63,878 nucleotides of DNA, filler included, from Octopus bimaculoides (GCF_001194135.2; 7 parts of 6 records of this genome joined end to end with filler, not necessarily neighbours in it), one strand, 5' to 3'; counted from the whole stretch's first letter, positions 50,972-63,814 are shown. A program made the numbers and translations. Notes: generated by a model from the letters alone, not told the origin.

Positions 50972-53830
50972 TCTCCTCTTTTAAGTTTTTCATAGGAAGT
51001 GTCATTCTATTTAGCAATAATTTTTTTTTATTCACCCCATCTCCCTTTCTTCAGTATTTTTTTCGGACAATTTAATATTTTTTGCACTTGGCATCTATTT
51101 TCAGGAACTTGTATGCCTGGGTTCAATCACCCGCAATGGCATTGGTACTTGGAACATATCATACAACCATTCCATCAGTTCCTCCAACTTCTTTGGTTCT
51201 TTTTCCATGAATCTCTTTTCCAGTTGGTTCCCGTGTCTCTTTTGTGTGCCTTTTCTACTTTTTACCCAATACATTATTTTACTTATGCATTTGGTAATTA
51301 CATCATCTTCCTAACTCTGCTTTCCAATATTGTGTGCCCTCAAATACACCTTTTCACCACCTTTAAAGAATCTTGCTATATCTTCCCTGGCACTTTTTCT
51401 GTTCTTGTCAGGTAGCAATTTATCAAAGACTGATTTTACTTTCCTTGCAAACATCAGCTTTGCAGGTGATTTACCTGCTGGTACATTCAGATTTGGTGTC
51501 ACATGGTACACTCATCTGTGACTTCCCTATTCGATTTTCTAAGGGTTTTTTTTTAAGGTATCAACAAAGCATTCTGCCAGTCCATTATATCTGGGATGGT
51601 ATGGCACCATAGTTATATGTTCTGCAATAAATGTTTCACAAAATTTTTAAAATTCGCTAGATACAAATTGCCTTCCATTGTCAGACCCTATCTTGTCTGG
51701 GATGCCAAATCTTGCAAACAATCCGTGTAAAAAATTTGTCACGGTTGAGGAGGTTGGTTTTTTACACTTACAAATTTCAGGCCATTTTGAAAAATTATCA
51801 ACTACCCCTAAGTAGTAAGACCTGTTTAAAGGACCAGTTAAATCAATGTGTAGTCTTGCCACAGAACATCTACTTTTGGCCAAGCTTCACTTTTTATGGT
51901 GGGCAATTTTGCTGCTAGAGCACATCCCCTACAGCCTTTCACCAAATTTTCAATTTCTCTGTCCATTTTTGGCCAGTATACGTAATTGTGTCTTAACGCT
52001 TTCATCCTTGAAATACCAGGATATCTGACATGAAATTCTCTCAACATTTTCTTCTGTAGTGTTTCCAGTATCACTATTCTCCATCACACATTGAGTATAG
52101 GTTCACATCTCGGTTTCATTTCACACCAAACCTGCTCCTTTTTTTCTTTTGTTGACCACAGTGTTCTTTTTATGTTTCCTTTATAAGCTTGTCTTTTACT
52201 GCATTTCGCTTTAGCTCCTCCAAAGTCATTGGCAACTCACATACCACATTCCACATCATGTTTTACATTTCACCTTCAGCTCTTAGAGCTGCAATTACCA
52301 TATCTTCAAATGGCTCACCGTGTTTTGGTATCAGTCTGGACAAACCATCTGCATGCCCAAGATCTTTCAACGGTAAATACTCCATTCTGTAGTCATAATT
52401 CCCCCTTGCTGTAGACTATTTGCTGTGTGAGTTGGGATTCCTTTTTTGGAACCGTACATTGTCAGCAATGGGCGGTGGTCTGTTTGCAAACAAAAATGTC
52501 TTCTATAGATAAATCTATTGAACTTCTTGACACCAAATATGATTGTCAAAGTCTCTTAGTCTATCTGACTATAATTCTTTTCAGTTGTTAATAATGACCT
52601 TGACTCATGGAATATAGCCTTTTTACTGCCACCATCATATTTATGCAGAAGTACAGCTCCTACACCATACTCACACACATCTGTAACCAGTATAGTTTCC
52701 AGCTTTGGATCAAAATCTGTCAATGATAGGTCCAAAGTTAAAATACTTTTCAATTCATGGAATGCCTTCTGGCACTTATCCATCCAGTACCATTTTGTAT
52801 TCTTTTTCAACAGATCATTGAGTAGGGCTCTTACATCGTGTATGCTTGGAATGTAGATTTGGTAATAATTTACCAAACCCCAAAATACCTGGAGCATACT
52901 TACATTTTTGGGTGTCAGCATATTCTTTATCGTCATTGCCCTTGATGGATTAAGTTTTCTTCCTTTTTTGTCAATTACTTGTCCTAAGCATTTGATTTTA
53001 TTCAAACAAAACGTCACATTTTTCCTCTCTTAACTTGAACCCGTATTCACTTATTTTTTCAAATACTCTTTTAACAAGTTCAAAGTGTTGTTCCTGTGAT
53101 TCACTCCACATTAAAATATCATCTAGATAGGTGATAGCAAAATCTCAGTCACTCAGCATTGCATCCATTACTTGCTGAAATATGGCAGGAGCCATTTTTG
53201 CACCAGAGGGAAGCTGCTTAAATTTAAATAAGCCACGGTGTGTGTTAATTGTTAATAAATGTGAGCACACTTCTTCTACTTGTATTGGTAGATATACCTC
53301 CAAGAGGTCTAATCTTGAGAAGAATTTCCCTCCATTCCATTTTGCAAACAGTTCCTCAGGACTCAGCAATGGATAGTTATGTGTAACTGAACAATTAATG
53401 GACCCTGTTGAAAAATCTCTTAGTTTGTTATTCTTCTTTTTCAAATAAACTGTTGGTGCTGCCTAGTCTGAGTGATCCGTCTTTTTCAATTATTCTAAAA
53501 CTTTCCAGTCTTTCAAGTTCTTTGTTAACCTGGTCTATTGCTGTGAATGGTACATTCCATTTTGACCTAAAGACCAGTGTTGTACTTTGATTTACAGCAA
53601 TCTTAGCTTTTGATTTTGTGCAACAACCCAGTTCTTCCAAAAAACATCTGGAAATACTTTTTTTATTTTTTTGTTTCAGTCCTTCAGCTTCATTTGAACC
53701 TTTGACTGACCCAACTATATTTCCACACAAAACACTTATGGGCATATGCCACAATTTGAATAGTTCCATCCACTCTGTGCCAAATAGATTAAGTGAATCT
53801 TTAATATATATATCTTTGCCTTTTTTCATT
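50800..53830 (-). mobile_element. Decayed Ty3/Gypsy LTR retrotransposon (PR-RT-RH-IN), 5'-truncated
   Basis: RT: FSRLDL.EVYL.I...LTINTHRGLFKF..LP.G...APAIFQQVMD, TYLDDI at about 53118-53132. RNase H: TDVCEYGVGAVL...EKNYSQID. Integrase: H....RMKAL...VYWP.M..EIE..V..C..C, RLHIDLTGP, FARFGIPD.I.SDNG.QF. Many stops. Confidence 0.92.
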
Positions 53831-53834
53831 TGAC

Positions 53835-54235
53835 CATATTCGTAGGGTGATTAGCTCTTCCAATGATGAAGGGGAGCGAGAAGCTGGCCCCGTGACCCTA
53901 GGGAGATCTCAAAGGAAACGTCGCTTCCCACACCAGGTGGATGGACGATTATGAAACAGAAGAGGGGAGCAGTGATCTTTAGATCAGTGGGGTGTGTGGT
54001 AGAAGGGAGAGACAGAGAAAGTGCAAGACTGGAAGGATGAAGATGATGTGATGTCAGCTAGCAACAATGAAAATCTGCCCCTTTTTAGCTGTCAGTGGTC
54101 GAGTCCAGATGTGGTGTGAAGAGATCAGCTGAGTCAACATGAGATAACGTTCTTCCAGTGGTACCTGATTTCAAGTCAAGGTAAGAGCAACTCTATTTTC
54201 AATTTTCATGCACTTAAACCACAAAAACTGTCCTG
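53835..54235 (+). mobile_element. 3' tail of a second LTR element (integrase tail, PPT, LTR-like sequence)
   Basis: VTLGRSQRKRRFP...DDYE tail, then the purine tract gaagaggggag. Confidence 0.45.
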
Positions 54236-54805
54236 ACACACATACATACATACATATAGACATATATATGCAGACATATATATACAGACATATATATACA
54301 GACATATGCCAGGCTCACAGCTGTCCCACTTGACACAAATGCCTAAAGTGAACTCTCTATCACTTCCAGTCATTTCAGTATTCCATGACAGTTGTATACA
54401 CAGGCCTTTCTATTTTTCCAGTTGTTCCTTCATTTTTTTTGTTTGTTCTTTTGTTTTGCTTTGTTTTATTTTTTTTGTTTCTCTCCCCTTGTCAGTTCTA
54501 TTTTTCAGAAGATGGAGTTCACAAAACATGAAGGACATTTTCCATTTCCTGTGCATCAACCTAATGCACTTTGTATTTGTTTTATGTCAACTTTGTGTTA
54601 TATTTTTGTAGCCCCCCCACCCCCACACCCCACCCACACACACAAATATCAAGTAATTGTTGGTTGCAGCTGGTCAGAAAGTTACCATTGGTTTCAATAC
54701 AGACANNNNNNNNNNNNNNNNNNNNNNNNNNNNNNNNNNNNNNNNNNNNTTAATTAATTAANNNNNNNNNNNNNNNNNNNNNNNNNNNNNNNNNNNNNNN
54801 NNNNN

Positions 54806-54839
<34 letters not shown>

Positions 54840-54859
54840 GCTTTATCGCTAAATCCACA

Positions 54860-55030
54860 CGCTTTTTTTTTATTCTCTCTCTGTTTATTTTCTTTTATTC
54901 CTTTCTGTTGAAGAACATAGGCTCGACACGTAAAAGACTTTCTTTCCCACTTTCCCGAGCGTCAAACTAATACACCTGCTTGTTGTTCATATACCTACCT
55001 TCGTCTTTTGTCTGTCGGTAAAACGGAGAG
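54860..55030 (+). mobile_element. Dispersed repeat homologous to 31215-31410 with variant hammerhead motif at 54901-54936
   Basis: cttt-CTGTTGA-a-gaac-atag-gctc-GACAC-GTA-aaag. Confidence 0.65.
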
Positions 55031-55187
55031 AAACAAAGAAGTGAGTTAATTGAATTCGAGAACATATCTGTTCCAGTACTCCTTGTACTTGTTTAATTTC
55101 CCTGAAATATTTCATTTTGTTTGTTTGAAAATATCTCCGTCACTTGAACGTCACTTATCACTGTCATGTGACCGTCAAATATCTTTA

Positions 55188-55432
55188 CCAAGTGAATATC
55201 ACACGTTTCTAGCCGGCGAATGTTATGCGTTTTTCAGTAGGTGAATGTCACGTACTTTTTATCAGGTGAATCTTACGTGTCTTTACCAGGTGAATGTCAC
55301 GTATTTTTACCAGGAGAACGTAAAATATCCCAGCTAAGATAATCTTATATATCATTGTCAGGTGAATGTCATAGTCATATATCGCTCTCAGATGAATATC
55401 AAATATCGCCGACAGGTGAATATCGAATGAAA
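55188..55432. repeat. Degenerate ~24-bp minisatellite (core CAGGTGAATRTC), about 8-9 units
   Basis: Recurring aggtgaatgtc / aggtgaatatc / agatgaatatc. Confidence 0.8.
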
Positions 55433-55611
55433 GGTTAATGAGCAGCAACGTGTGATACTGGCTTGATCACTATTTAGCTGGGAGTCATTTTAATTCCCAT
55501 ACACTACGAATGACTGGCGAAAAGTGAAGACTTTACCTGTCATTTATCGTCTATAAAAGCAGTGACGTATATGACCTGTCACAAAAATTAACCGTCACTA
55601 TAACAGATAGT

Positions 55612-55841
55612 GTGGAGGCGCGTGGCTTAGTGGTTAAGGTGTCAGCATCATGATCGTAAGATTGTGGGTTCGATTCCTGGACGGGGCGACGCGTTGTGTT
55701 CTTGAGCAAAACTCGTCATTTCACGTTGCTCCAGTCCACTCAGCCGGCAAAAACGAGTAACGCTGCGGCTGGGGAACACACACGCCATTGAAACCGATCC
55801 CATGAGCCTGGTTAGGCTTTAAAAAGGCGCAAAAAAAAAAA
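55612..55841 (+). mobile_element. Complete SINE family C insertion with A tail and 12-bp target-site duplication
   Basis: A-box tggcttagtgg, B-box ggttcgattcc, CORE-like tgtgttcttgagcaa...ttcacgttgctccagtccactcag. TSD ATAACAGATAGT at 55600-55611 and 55842-55853. Confidence 0.92.
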
Positions 55842-56547
55842 ATAACAGATAGTATCATAGAAAAACTGCGACACGGTTTCGATTTCCCGTTGAAGCCAGT
55901 TTCCGCTCAGTTACCGCTGTGCTATTAATGACGGCGCACCGTCTTGTTTATGCCTTCTATGAATCCAAAACTTAGTGGTTTGTTAAGAAGAAACAATATT
56001 TTGGTTACTTTTGGTAATCAATGAATCACAAATGTCTCTTTTCATATTCTTTTCCTTTCGTTTCATTTTCTAACGATTTCTTCTCTCGCAAAAAGTCTTA
56101 CGCTTGACAGGAATTCCTCTGAAATCGAAACTAATCGACTCATGTAGGTTTTTTTTTTTTTTACATCTCATGAAATGAACGGCATCATCGCAATTTCGAA
56201 GTTTACAACATCTCAGCAATTTACCAATCTCTTACATCTAGATTTGTCATCTTTGCTGATCTAGATCAGATTAAATTGATGTTAATCTTTGAATACATTG
56301 TTTCTTCATACCACATAAAATTTATCAGATTAATTAGATTGTCTTCATTATATCGAAAACATTTGGGAATATGTATCATATATGATGCATGGACGCCAGG
56401 AAAATATGTTCTGCGTATTACCTGTAATACGCGGGACTGGCAAAGGGTTAAGTATGATAACCTTGACTTAACTGTTATCGTTTGTGTGGATGAGCGTCAC
56501 TGGGTAATACATATACATATGCATATATATATATATATACACATATA

Positions 56548-56614
<67 letters not shown>

Positions 56615-56904
56615 ATACACAGGTGTGTATGAGTGTGTATAGAAGAATATATTAATGAAAGGAGTTCCAGCTTTGATTTTCATGTTTTATTATAATAATG
56701 TAATATGATGTAATATAATATAATATAATATAATATTATATAATGAAATGATGGATATCAAATGTTCAATCTGATTGAACGAGTAATTTCTTGCATTAAG
56801 CTATACAATCTCCAGGTTCATATAATAGTAGTGACATTTATGTTTTTACAATTTACTACTGTAGTTGTAATCACACAAAGTTGGAATTCATTTGATTAAT
56901 ATAA

Positions 56905-56973
<69 letters not shown>

Positions 56974-57631
56974 CATGTATATATATGTAATAAGGCGGAG
57001 AGAAAGAAAGAAAGGAAAGGGAATGTCTTCCCAGGATTCACTTTACATCGATTAAGAAATGGCTATTTTGGTATTGTCAAAACCCATGAAGATATTCATA
57101 AAAACAATCCGACCTCGAAAAGGACGCCATTGCTAAGACAGCTTGGTGTATATTTTCAGTAACTTAACAACAACAACATTGCCAATAATGAACGAAACTG
57201 CAAAACTTGGCCTCAATCTTCTCATGGGAATTATTCATATGGCTCGATGTGAAAATAGACAATCTAAAGAACTCGTCCTTCTTTGGCCTACCTCTTCCTG
57301 CCGGTAATAGTTTCAAGGCTAGTTTAGATGTGCTGTATTGTGTGAAGTTTCTTTTGAGAAATAGAAATTAAAAATTAAGTGAAAGTTGTAAGGAATTTGC
57401 TCGAGGTAAACACGTGTTAGTGTTCCGTTTATAATGTAACAGTTACAAAGAATGCGTCATCAAACGTATTAGACACACTGCTAATGTCTGTTTAATGTAT
57501 CTTCAAATCGTCAGATAGATCTCGGTAATAACTGAATGATTGAATGCCTTGGAAATAACGTGATTTCGATACGCTACGACGAAGTTCTTAAAAAATAAGA
57601 ACACATGAGTGGTGTTAAACTGAGCAAGAGA

Positions 57632-57859
57632 TTAACCCTTAACCTGTCCTGTATATCACATGTGAGACACAGGACGTTCAACATTATATATGATACAAAT
57701 CCCTAATTGTTTCCAGCCACCAGCGTAATATGATATCTATGAAAGGAAAGCTTTATATTACTCAGAATATATAGAATAAGGCCTTACTAAAAGTTTGAAA
57801 ACAAGCATGGACGTTTTGGACAAACTAATGAGACTGTTATGGACAGGCAAAGGGGCTTA
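57632..57859. mobile_element. piggyBac-like MITE candidate
   Basis: TTAA-CCCTTAACCTGTCC left end and imperfect inverted GGACAGGCAAAGGGGCTTA right end, with a subterminal palindrome tcacatgtga. Confidence 0.5.
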
Positions 57860-58060
57860 CGACCCAAGGATGACGACAGTTCAGCCGACATTCTTCTGGC
57901 TTCCATATCATACGGTAAAGGGATCTAAAATAACGTGATCGAATCAAAAGGCGGCATTACTGTGTTTCTGTGTTTAGTTACTGAGAAACTGTATCGAGTT
58001 GCTAAGACTGCGTCACAGCGATGTAAAAATATTTATTCTCAGTATCATAAACAACGATTA

Positions 58061-58290
58061 AGGCGTTGAGCTGGCAGAAACGTTAGCACGCCAGGCGAAA
58101 TGCTTAGCGGCATTTCGTCTGTCTTTACGTTCTGAGTTGAAATTCCGCCGAAGTCGACTTTGCCTTTCATCCTTTCGGGGTCGATAAATTAAGTACCAGT
58201 TACGCACTGGGGTCGATGTAATCGACTTAATCCCTTTGTCTGTCCTTGTTTGTCCCCTCTATGTTTAGACCCTTGTGGACAATAAAGAAA
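58061..58290 (+). mobile_element. SINE family B, full length, CpG-rich
   Basis: Canonical head, ttcatcctttcggggtcgataaattaagtacc domain and aataaagaaataa tail. Confidence 0.9.
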
Positions 58291-58603
58291 TAAGAAACGT
58301 TAGCACGTCTGGCAAAATGCTTGGCAGTGTTTCGCAGTGTTTCGAATATGAGGGGTTTATTTATCTCACTGGTGATCTAAACGAATAGGTACGCTGAGTA
58401 AGTGCTATAACTGGTCATCCGTTAGGTTTTAAGTTCACAGTTGAGGCTGAAGCCAGGGATACGTATTAGGCTTCCGTGTTAACAAGTATATATTAGAGGA
58501 AAAGGACAGCAAAAACCAAGACAGGATGAGTATCTCGAGTCATTTATAATAATTTAATTAGGGTAAGGTGAATTTGAAGTCTTACACACATACAGTCTTA
58601 CAT

Positions 58604-58638
<35 letters not shown>

Positions 58639-59206
58639 CATGTATGTAGATATAAGCACATTTGCACTTAGCTCTGCGTGTACTACTTCTTATCGCAGAA
58701 ACAGCTGTAAGCTAAAGAAGTGGATTACGTTATTCCTGTTTCTCTGTCAATCCAATAATTTCATGTGTGTGTGTGTGTGTGTGTGTGTGGGTGTGTGTGT
58801 GTACGTGCGCATGTGTGTATGTCTGTTGCAACTATATTGGGGAAATGTGTTCAAACTATACCACAATCTAACGGGGTAGTCAAATAAAAAAAAAAAGAAA
58901 AATTCCAGATCTGTAGCCAGACATTTTTCTTCATAAAATTTGAATGTTAACACGAAATTCCTTAACAGAATGCAATAGATTGAAGTATTTCGTTATGTGA
59001 TAACACAAATGTGACAATGTCATTCGGAATTAGATACAACAAGCATAAGAACAACAACATTCACAACGACGACGGCAGCGATAGCAACGGCGATAGCAAC
59101 GGCGATAACATTAACAACAACAACATCACAGTGTTGCAGTCTGCCCCAGCATCAGACTTTAAGAGTATTGCTTAGAATAGGACTCGTTCTCTATACTGTG
59201 TTACGT

Positions 59207-59261
<55 letters not shown>

Positions 59262-59360
59262 NNNNNNNNNNNNNNNNNNNNNNNNNNNNNNNNNNNNNNN
59301 NNNNNTTAATTAATTAANNNNNNNNNNNNNNNNNNNNNNNNNNNNNNNNNNNNNNNNNNN

Positions 59361-59620
59361 NAATTCTGCCGAGTTCGACTTTACCTTTCATCCTTTTCGG
59401 GTCGATAAAATAAGTACTCAGCTGATAAAATGAGTACTCAGTTGATAAAATAAGTACTCAGTTGATAAAATAAGTACTCAGTTGATAAAATAAGTACTCA
59501 GTTGATAAAATAATTACTCGATAAAATAAGTACTCAACGTCAGTTGAGCATCGAGGTCGATATAATCGGCTAACTCCAACCCAAAATTCCTGTCTTTGTG
59601 CCAAAATTTGAAACCAATAT
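59361..59620 (+). mobile_element. SINE family B fragment containing about 7 tandem copies of a 20-bp unit
   Basis: GTTGATAAAATAAGTACTCA repeated at 59401-59536, flanked by SINE B sequence on both sides. Confidence 0.85.
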
Positions 59621-60306
59621 GAGGCACCTAATCCGATATGCCGCACATCATGCGTATATTTTAAATTGCATATCCCGCAGCCAAAATAGTCCGCCAATAG
59701 TTAAGCCATATATGGAGAAGTATTTCTTCAAAATCCTGAACTCTCTCTCTACCACAAAATCACATCAACAATAATAATAATAATAATAATAATACTCCGC
59801 CCAGAATCAAACAATATTTTTAGCAACAATACTGCACTGTGAATTTACTAAGGTGTGTTTCTCCAATGTTCTCTATAATGACAAGAAATACAATTGAAAG
59901 AAGAGCTGAATCGATTCATTATGCAACCTGAAAGTAACCGCAAAAAAAAAATGAAGACAGTTTCTCTTCAGAAGCATTACTGAAATAAATTTTTACTTTG
60001 TTTGTGTTTTAAATAATAGACAAGCTTTTTTAAACGACTAACAACAAAAACCACACCAAAATTTGTCACAGCAAACCACACCTGACGAGATTTGCATGTG
60101 AAAAGAATGAATCGTCGACTCTTGAGTGCATAAATATAAAACAAATTATAAATAACCAGTTAAGAGATTTTATCTTGTATTTTTTAATCTTTTACTTATT
60201 TCAGACATTGGAGTGCAGTCATGCTGGGGCGTCGCATTCAAGAGTTATGTATACTGCAGTTTCTAGTATTTAAATACCACATTTGGAATATTTACCGAAT
60301 CCATTC

Positions 60307-60369
<63 letters not shown>

Positions 60370-62040
60370 TCTTCCGTTATATTTCGAAATCTTTTTTGTT
60401 ACTGGGATGCCTCAAATTGTTCCATTGTCTACTGATCTAATTCGTTTCTTTCGTTATAAGTATTTCTCCCCGTTCTCTTTTTACTGCTTCGTCTAGAGAT
60501 CTTTTCTTGCTATTATACTTATCTTATTTTTTTCGTTGGTGTTCGCCTATTATGTTCGCTCATTTATACCCCAGCTGACACCACTAAATTGAAGAATATT
60601 ATTGGAAAGTACCGAAATTGTGATGATATTTGATCGACAACTGATGATGGATTGAGTATGTCCGCGTCTATCTGCGTGTTTTGTTTTTAAATTTTGTCTG
60701 TATATTTCTTTGTTGTCCCCTTGGGCCACATTTTTGTTAGAAATCCAATTTAGATTTTGATTATTGGCTATGCCAATCTGTATTGGATTTAGGGAAACAT
60801 ATGGTTACACTCCTTGTAAAATAAATATCATTTATTTTTAAAGGATATTTGGGGAAGTTTTACCATACTGATCGGAAAAAATAAAACAAATCATCTTTTG
60901 CATTGTTGAAAAACTTGCATTTCTGCGTATTGATTTCTATCATGAAAACAAAGTTGTAGTTGATTAACTTGACCTTCAGTAATTGAATGGTATTAATTTT
61001 CTAAGACCTTGAGGGAAGAAAGCAAAATTGCCCTTTATAAAAGTTGTAAACAAAACGTAAAAGGACTTAGTTAAGTATTATGCAGCCACCTACCGAAACA
61101 CGAGTTTCTTTTCATAACCATTAACATGCTGCAAGTGCCCTTGAGAAAAGCAAGGCAAACTAAAATACCTGAGTTCACTTCCTCTTTCGTGAAAAGGGAA
61201 ACGAATATTTAGAAAATCTGGTTCCAGATTTTTACTTGTAGCTCTCTCAGTTCCCTTACTTATCTTAGGTTTCCTGGTAAAGAATATGACTTTCAAAACG
61301 CATCATTTCTCTTCTTTTAAAAACACGAAACATTGTGCCTTGCCGAAACGAAATTTAAAAAATCTATTTTGATTGTGTTTTGTTTTTCTTAGCAAAAACT
61401 CAAGAGTTTTCTTGATATTTCTTTACGAAGAGTTCTTAATTTTTCATGAGGTACATATAAAACAGCGAGAATCCACAAAATAATTTATCTAATTATTCTT
61501 AACATGTTCGGGTAGATTTGAACATGAATACCCTGATCGCTGTTGTTTTTCGTCATCGGACAACATCTCATCCTCCCCTTAAGATGTTGTATGTTCATAA
61601 CACATGCGATTCACCGGTGTACGGTGACACCGGGACACGGTAATATTTCGCCCTATTTCCTCTGTCAAAGCTACCTCAGTGGGCCGATGAATTTAACAAG
61701 GGCACGAGCTCTTGTTTACAGAAAACAGCAAAGCGTTTTTAACTGATGTGTGCTGACGCCTTCCAATCAGATAATAATCCATAGGGTATACGCAAAGCTG
61801 CAAGAATTCAACAATAACGTATCTATTTAGTCTTAATACCTTCTGGCAGATCCCATTACGTAAAACCACAGCGATCAGATAATCCCACTCGTTATTCTTT
61901 GAATTGTTACTGTTCTGCATGCACTCCACAAATTACTATTTGTTTGGCAGACATCAGGCACGCGTCAGTAAATAATTTGTTTGTTGATTCCTATAAACAA
62001 GAAATCATGCTCTTGCTAGATTAATCGGTTCGGGAGTTAG

Positions 62041-62089
62041 CTTTTCCTGAAGAGACACAATAAGGTCGAAACACTGCAGTGTCTCAAAG
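62041..62089 (+). ncRNA. Type I hammerhead motif (GUC), perfect core, damaged stem I
   Basis: cttttc-CTGAAGA-GAC-acaataag-GTC-GAAAC-ACTGCAGT-GTC^-tcaaag. 12-nt palindrome ACACTGCAGTGT forms stem III. Two mismatches at the base of stem I. Confidence 0.7.
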
Positions 62090-62626
62090 TCACCTTACAC
62101 CTGTGTACCGATAAATTACGTCTGTTTTGAACCCAAATCATTTCAGAGGATTAGATATCCTCCGATGATAGAAAAGCAACAATCATTTTCGAACCTGTCA
62201 AGTCGTAGAGAGAATGGATAATATTTAATTCCGCTGAATCAGTTAATTTATTGGCAAGGTGAGAATACATACATTAAAACATGCAACATTGTGCCATGTC
62301 GAAACGAAAAAAATCTGTTTCTTTTTTTCTTTAAAAGATCCAGACGTCTGCTGTTTCTTTACAAAGAGCATTTAATTCCTTTTAGTTAAATCATTAACAA
62401 GATGGGAATACACACATTAAAATCAAAGTATATTTTGTGAGTTCACTTCAAAATATATCTCGACCCACTAAGTAAAAGGAGTAACGAAAATCAATATGTA
62501 ACGAAGCTATTTTTATTATGATCAATATTTCTTCACACTAATTGAATGTTTGTATTTATTGTGTCTCTATCTGAACAGACAGTAATTAAAGGTCTGATTT
62601 CAATATATGAAACTAGTAAACAATCG

Positions 62627-62665
<39 letters not shown>

Positions 62666-62823
62666 NNNNNNNNNNNNNNNNNNNNNNNNNNNNNNNNNNN
62701 NNNNNNNNNTTAATTAATTAANNNNNNNNNNNNNNNNNNNNNNNNNNNNNNNNNNNNNNNNNNNNTATATATATATATAGTGTGTGTGTGTGTGTGTGTA
62801 TTTATATATGCATGGTAATATAG

Positions 62824-62874
<51 letters not shown>

Positions 62875-63814
62875 CATTAACAAAGTTATGCACGCGTTCT
62901 GGAATATGGTTGTTACACGATATTATGTATTACATTTATACCATCGCAAATTCCATTATCATCTAAATGTGAATCCGTACATAAGACAGAGATACATCGT
63001 GAACAACACGAGAAAATGGCTGCCAGTTCAGCAATGGATGGGTTAAAGGTGAGATAAGTCATAGAAGAGTACAAGTCGTACGTCTGATAGTAAGGAGATG
63101 ACACTTTGCACTGTAGCACTTATGATGAATGTGAGAAGAAACGCTATAGTATTCCTGACTGCTCATAAGAGAAACCGGTTCTTTAGAATGACAATGAGAT
63201 TAAAACAGTTCAGTTTTCCTCCACTAAATTTCGGTATTGTTTATTTGTTTAATTTTTTTTTTCTTGACACAACAGGTCATCTGTAGTAACCTCTATTTGC
63301 TAAGGTGTGATAATCGAAGCCAGCAAAATATTCTGTCCGCCCTCTAATTCAGCGTTTCTTAGTAGAGGCAGAGGCGGTGATGGTACGAAGATTTAAAGTT
63401 GGCGGGGAAGGCGAAAAAAGTTATCAGGTTTAATAAAATTAAAGGTTTTAGATTTAAGATAAAATTTCAAAACTTGTCTTACAGTATGAAGAACAAACAA
63501 ACAAACAATGAATATTGATCATTGACAGAGTGGCGAGTTTCTGAAAATTTTCACTAACTTTTGTGTGGTATGTGGGTGACGTGAAGAAGGGCCTGGTCTC
63601 TGTCTGAGAACCATTGCTTTGACATACTTTAGTAATTTCTGTGTCATTTGTGTCTTACATATATATCGGTATGTGTATGCACTCGCGTGCGCGTCTGAGC
63701 GTGTGAGCGTGTGCGACCTCGTCCGTTGAATATGCTTAGGTATGCATAATCGCTTAGATTTTTCTTTTCAATTGGCATATTAAGATACCCAGCTGAATAT
63801 GGAATGACAATAGC

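Noticed and set aside
55612-55685. tRNA gene
   Set aside because: A and B boxes are present, but the sequence continues into a SINE body with an A tail and TSD. No convincing cloverleaf or acceptor stem.
57250-57320. AT-hook-like GRGRPKK on minus strand
   Set aside because: Short motif that also occurs in RTE tails and by chance, with no supporting gene structure.
59401-59536. CRISPR-like array of 20-bp repeats
   Set aside because: Units are contiguous with no unique spacers, derive from a SINE domain, and there are no cas genes. The context is eukaryotic.
61169-61273. Minus-strand 105-nt candidate exon (KPKISKGTERATSKNLEPDFLNIRFPFHERGSELR)
   Set aside because: AG/GT boundaries and an open frame alone are common, and there is no recognisable homology or partner exon.
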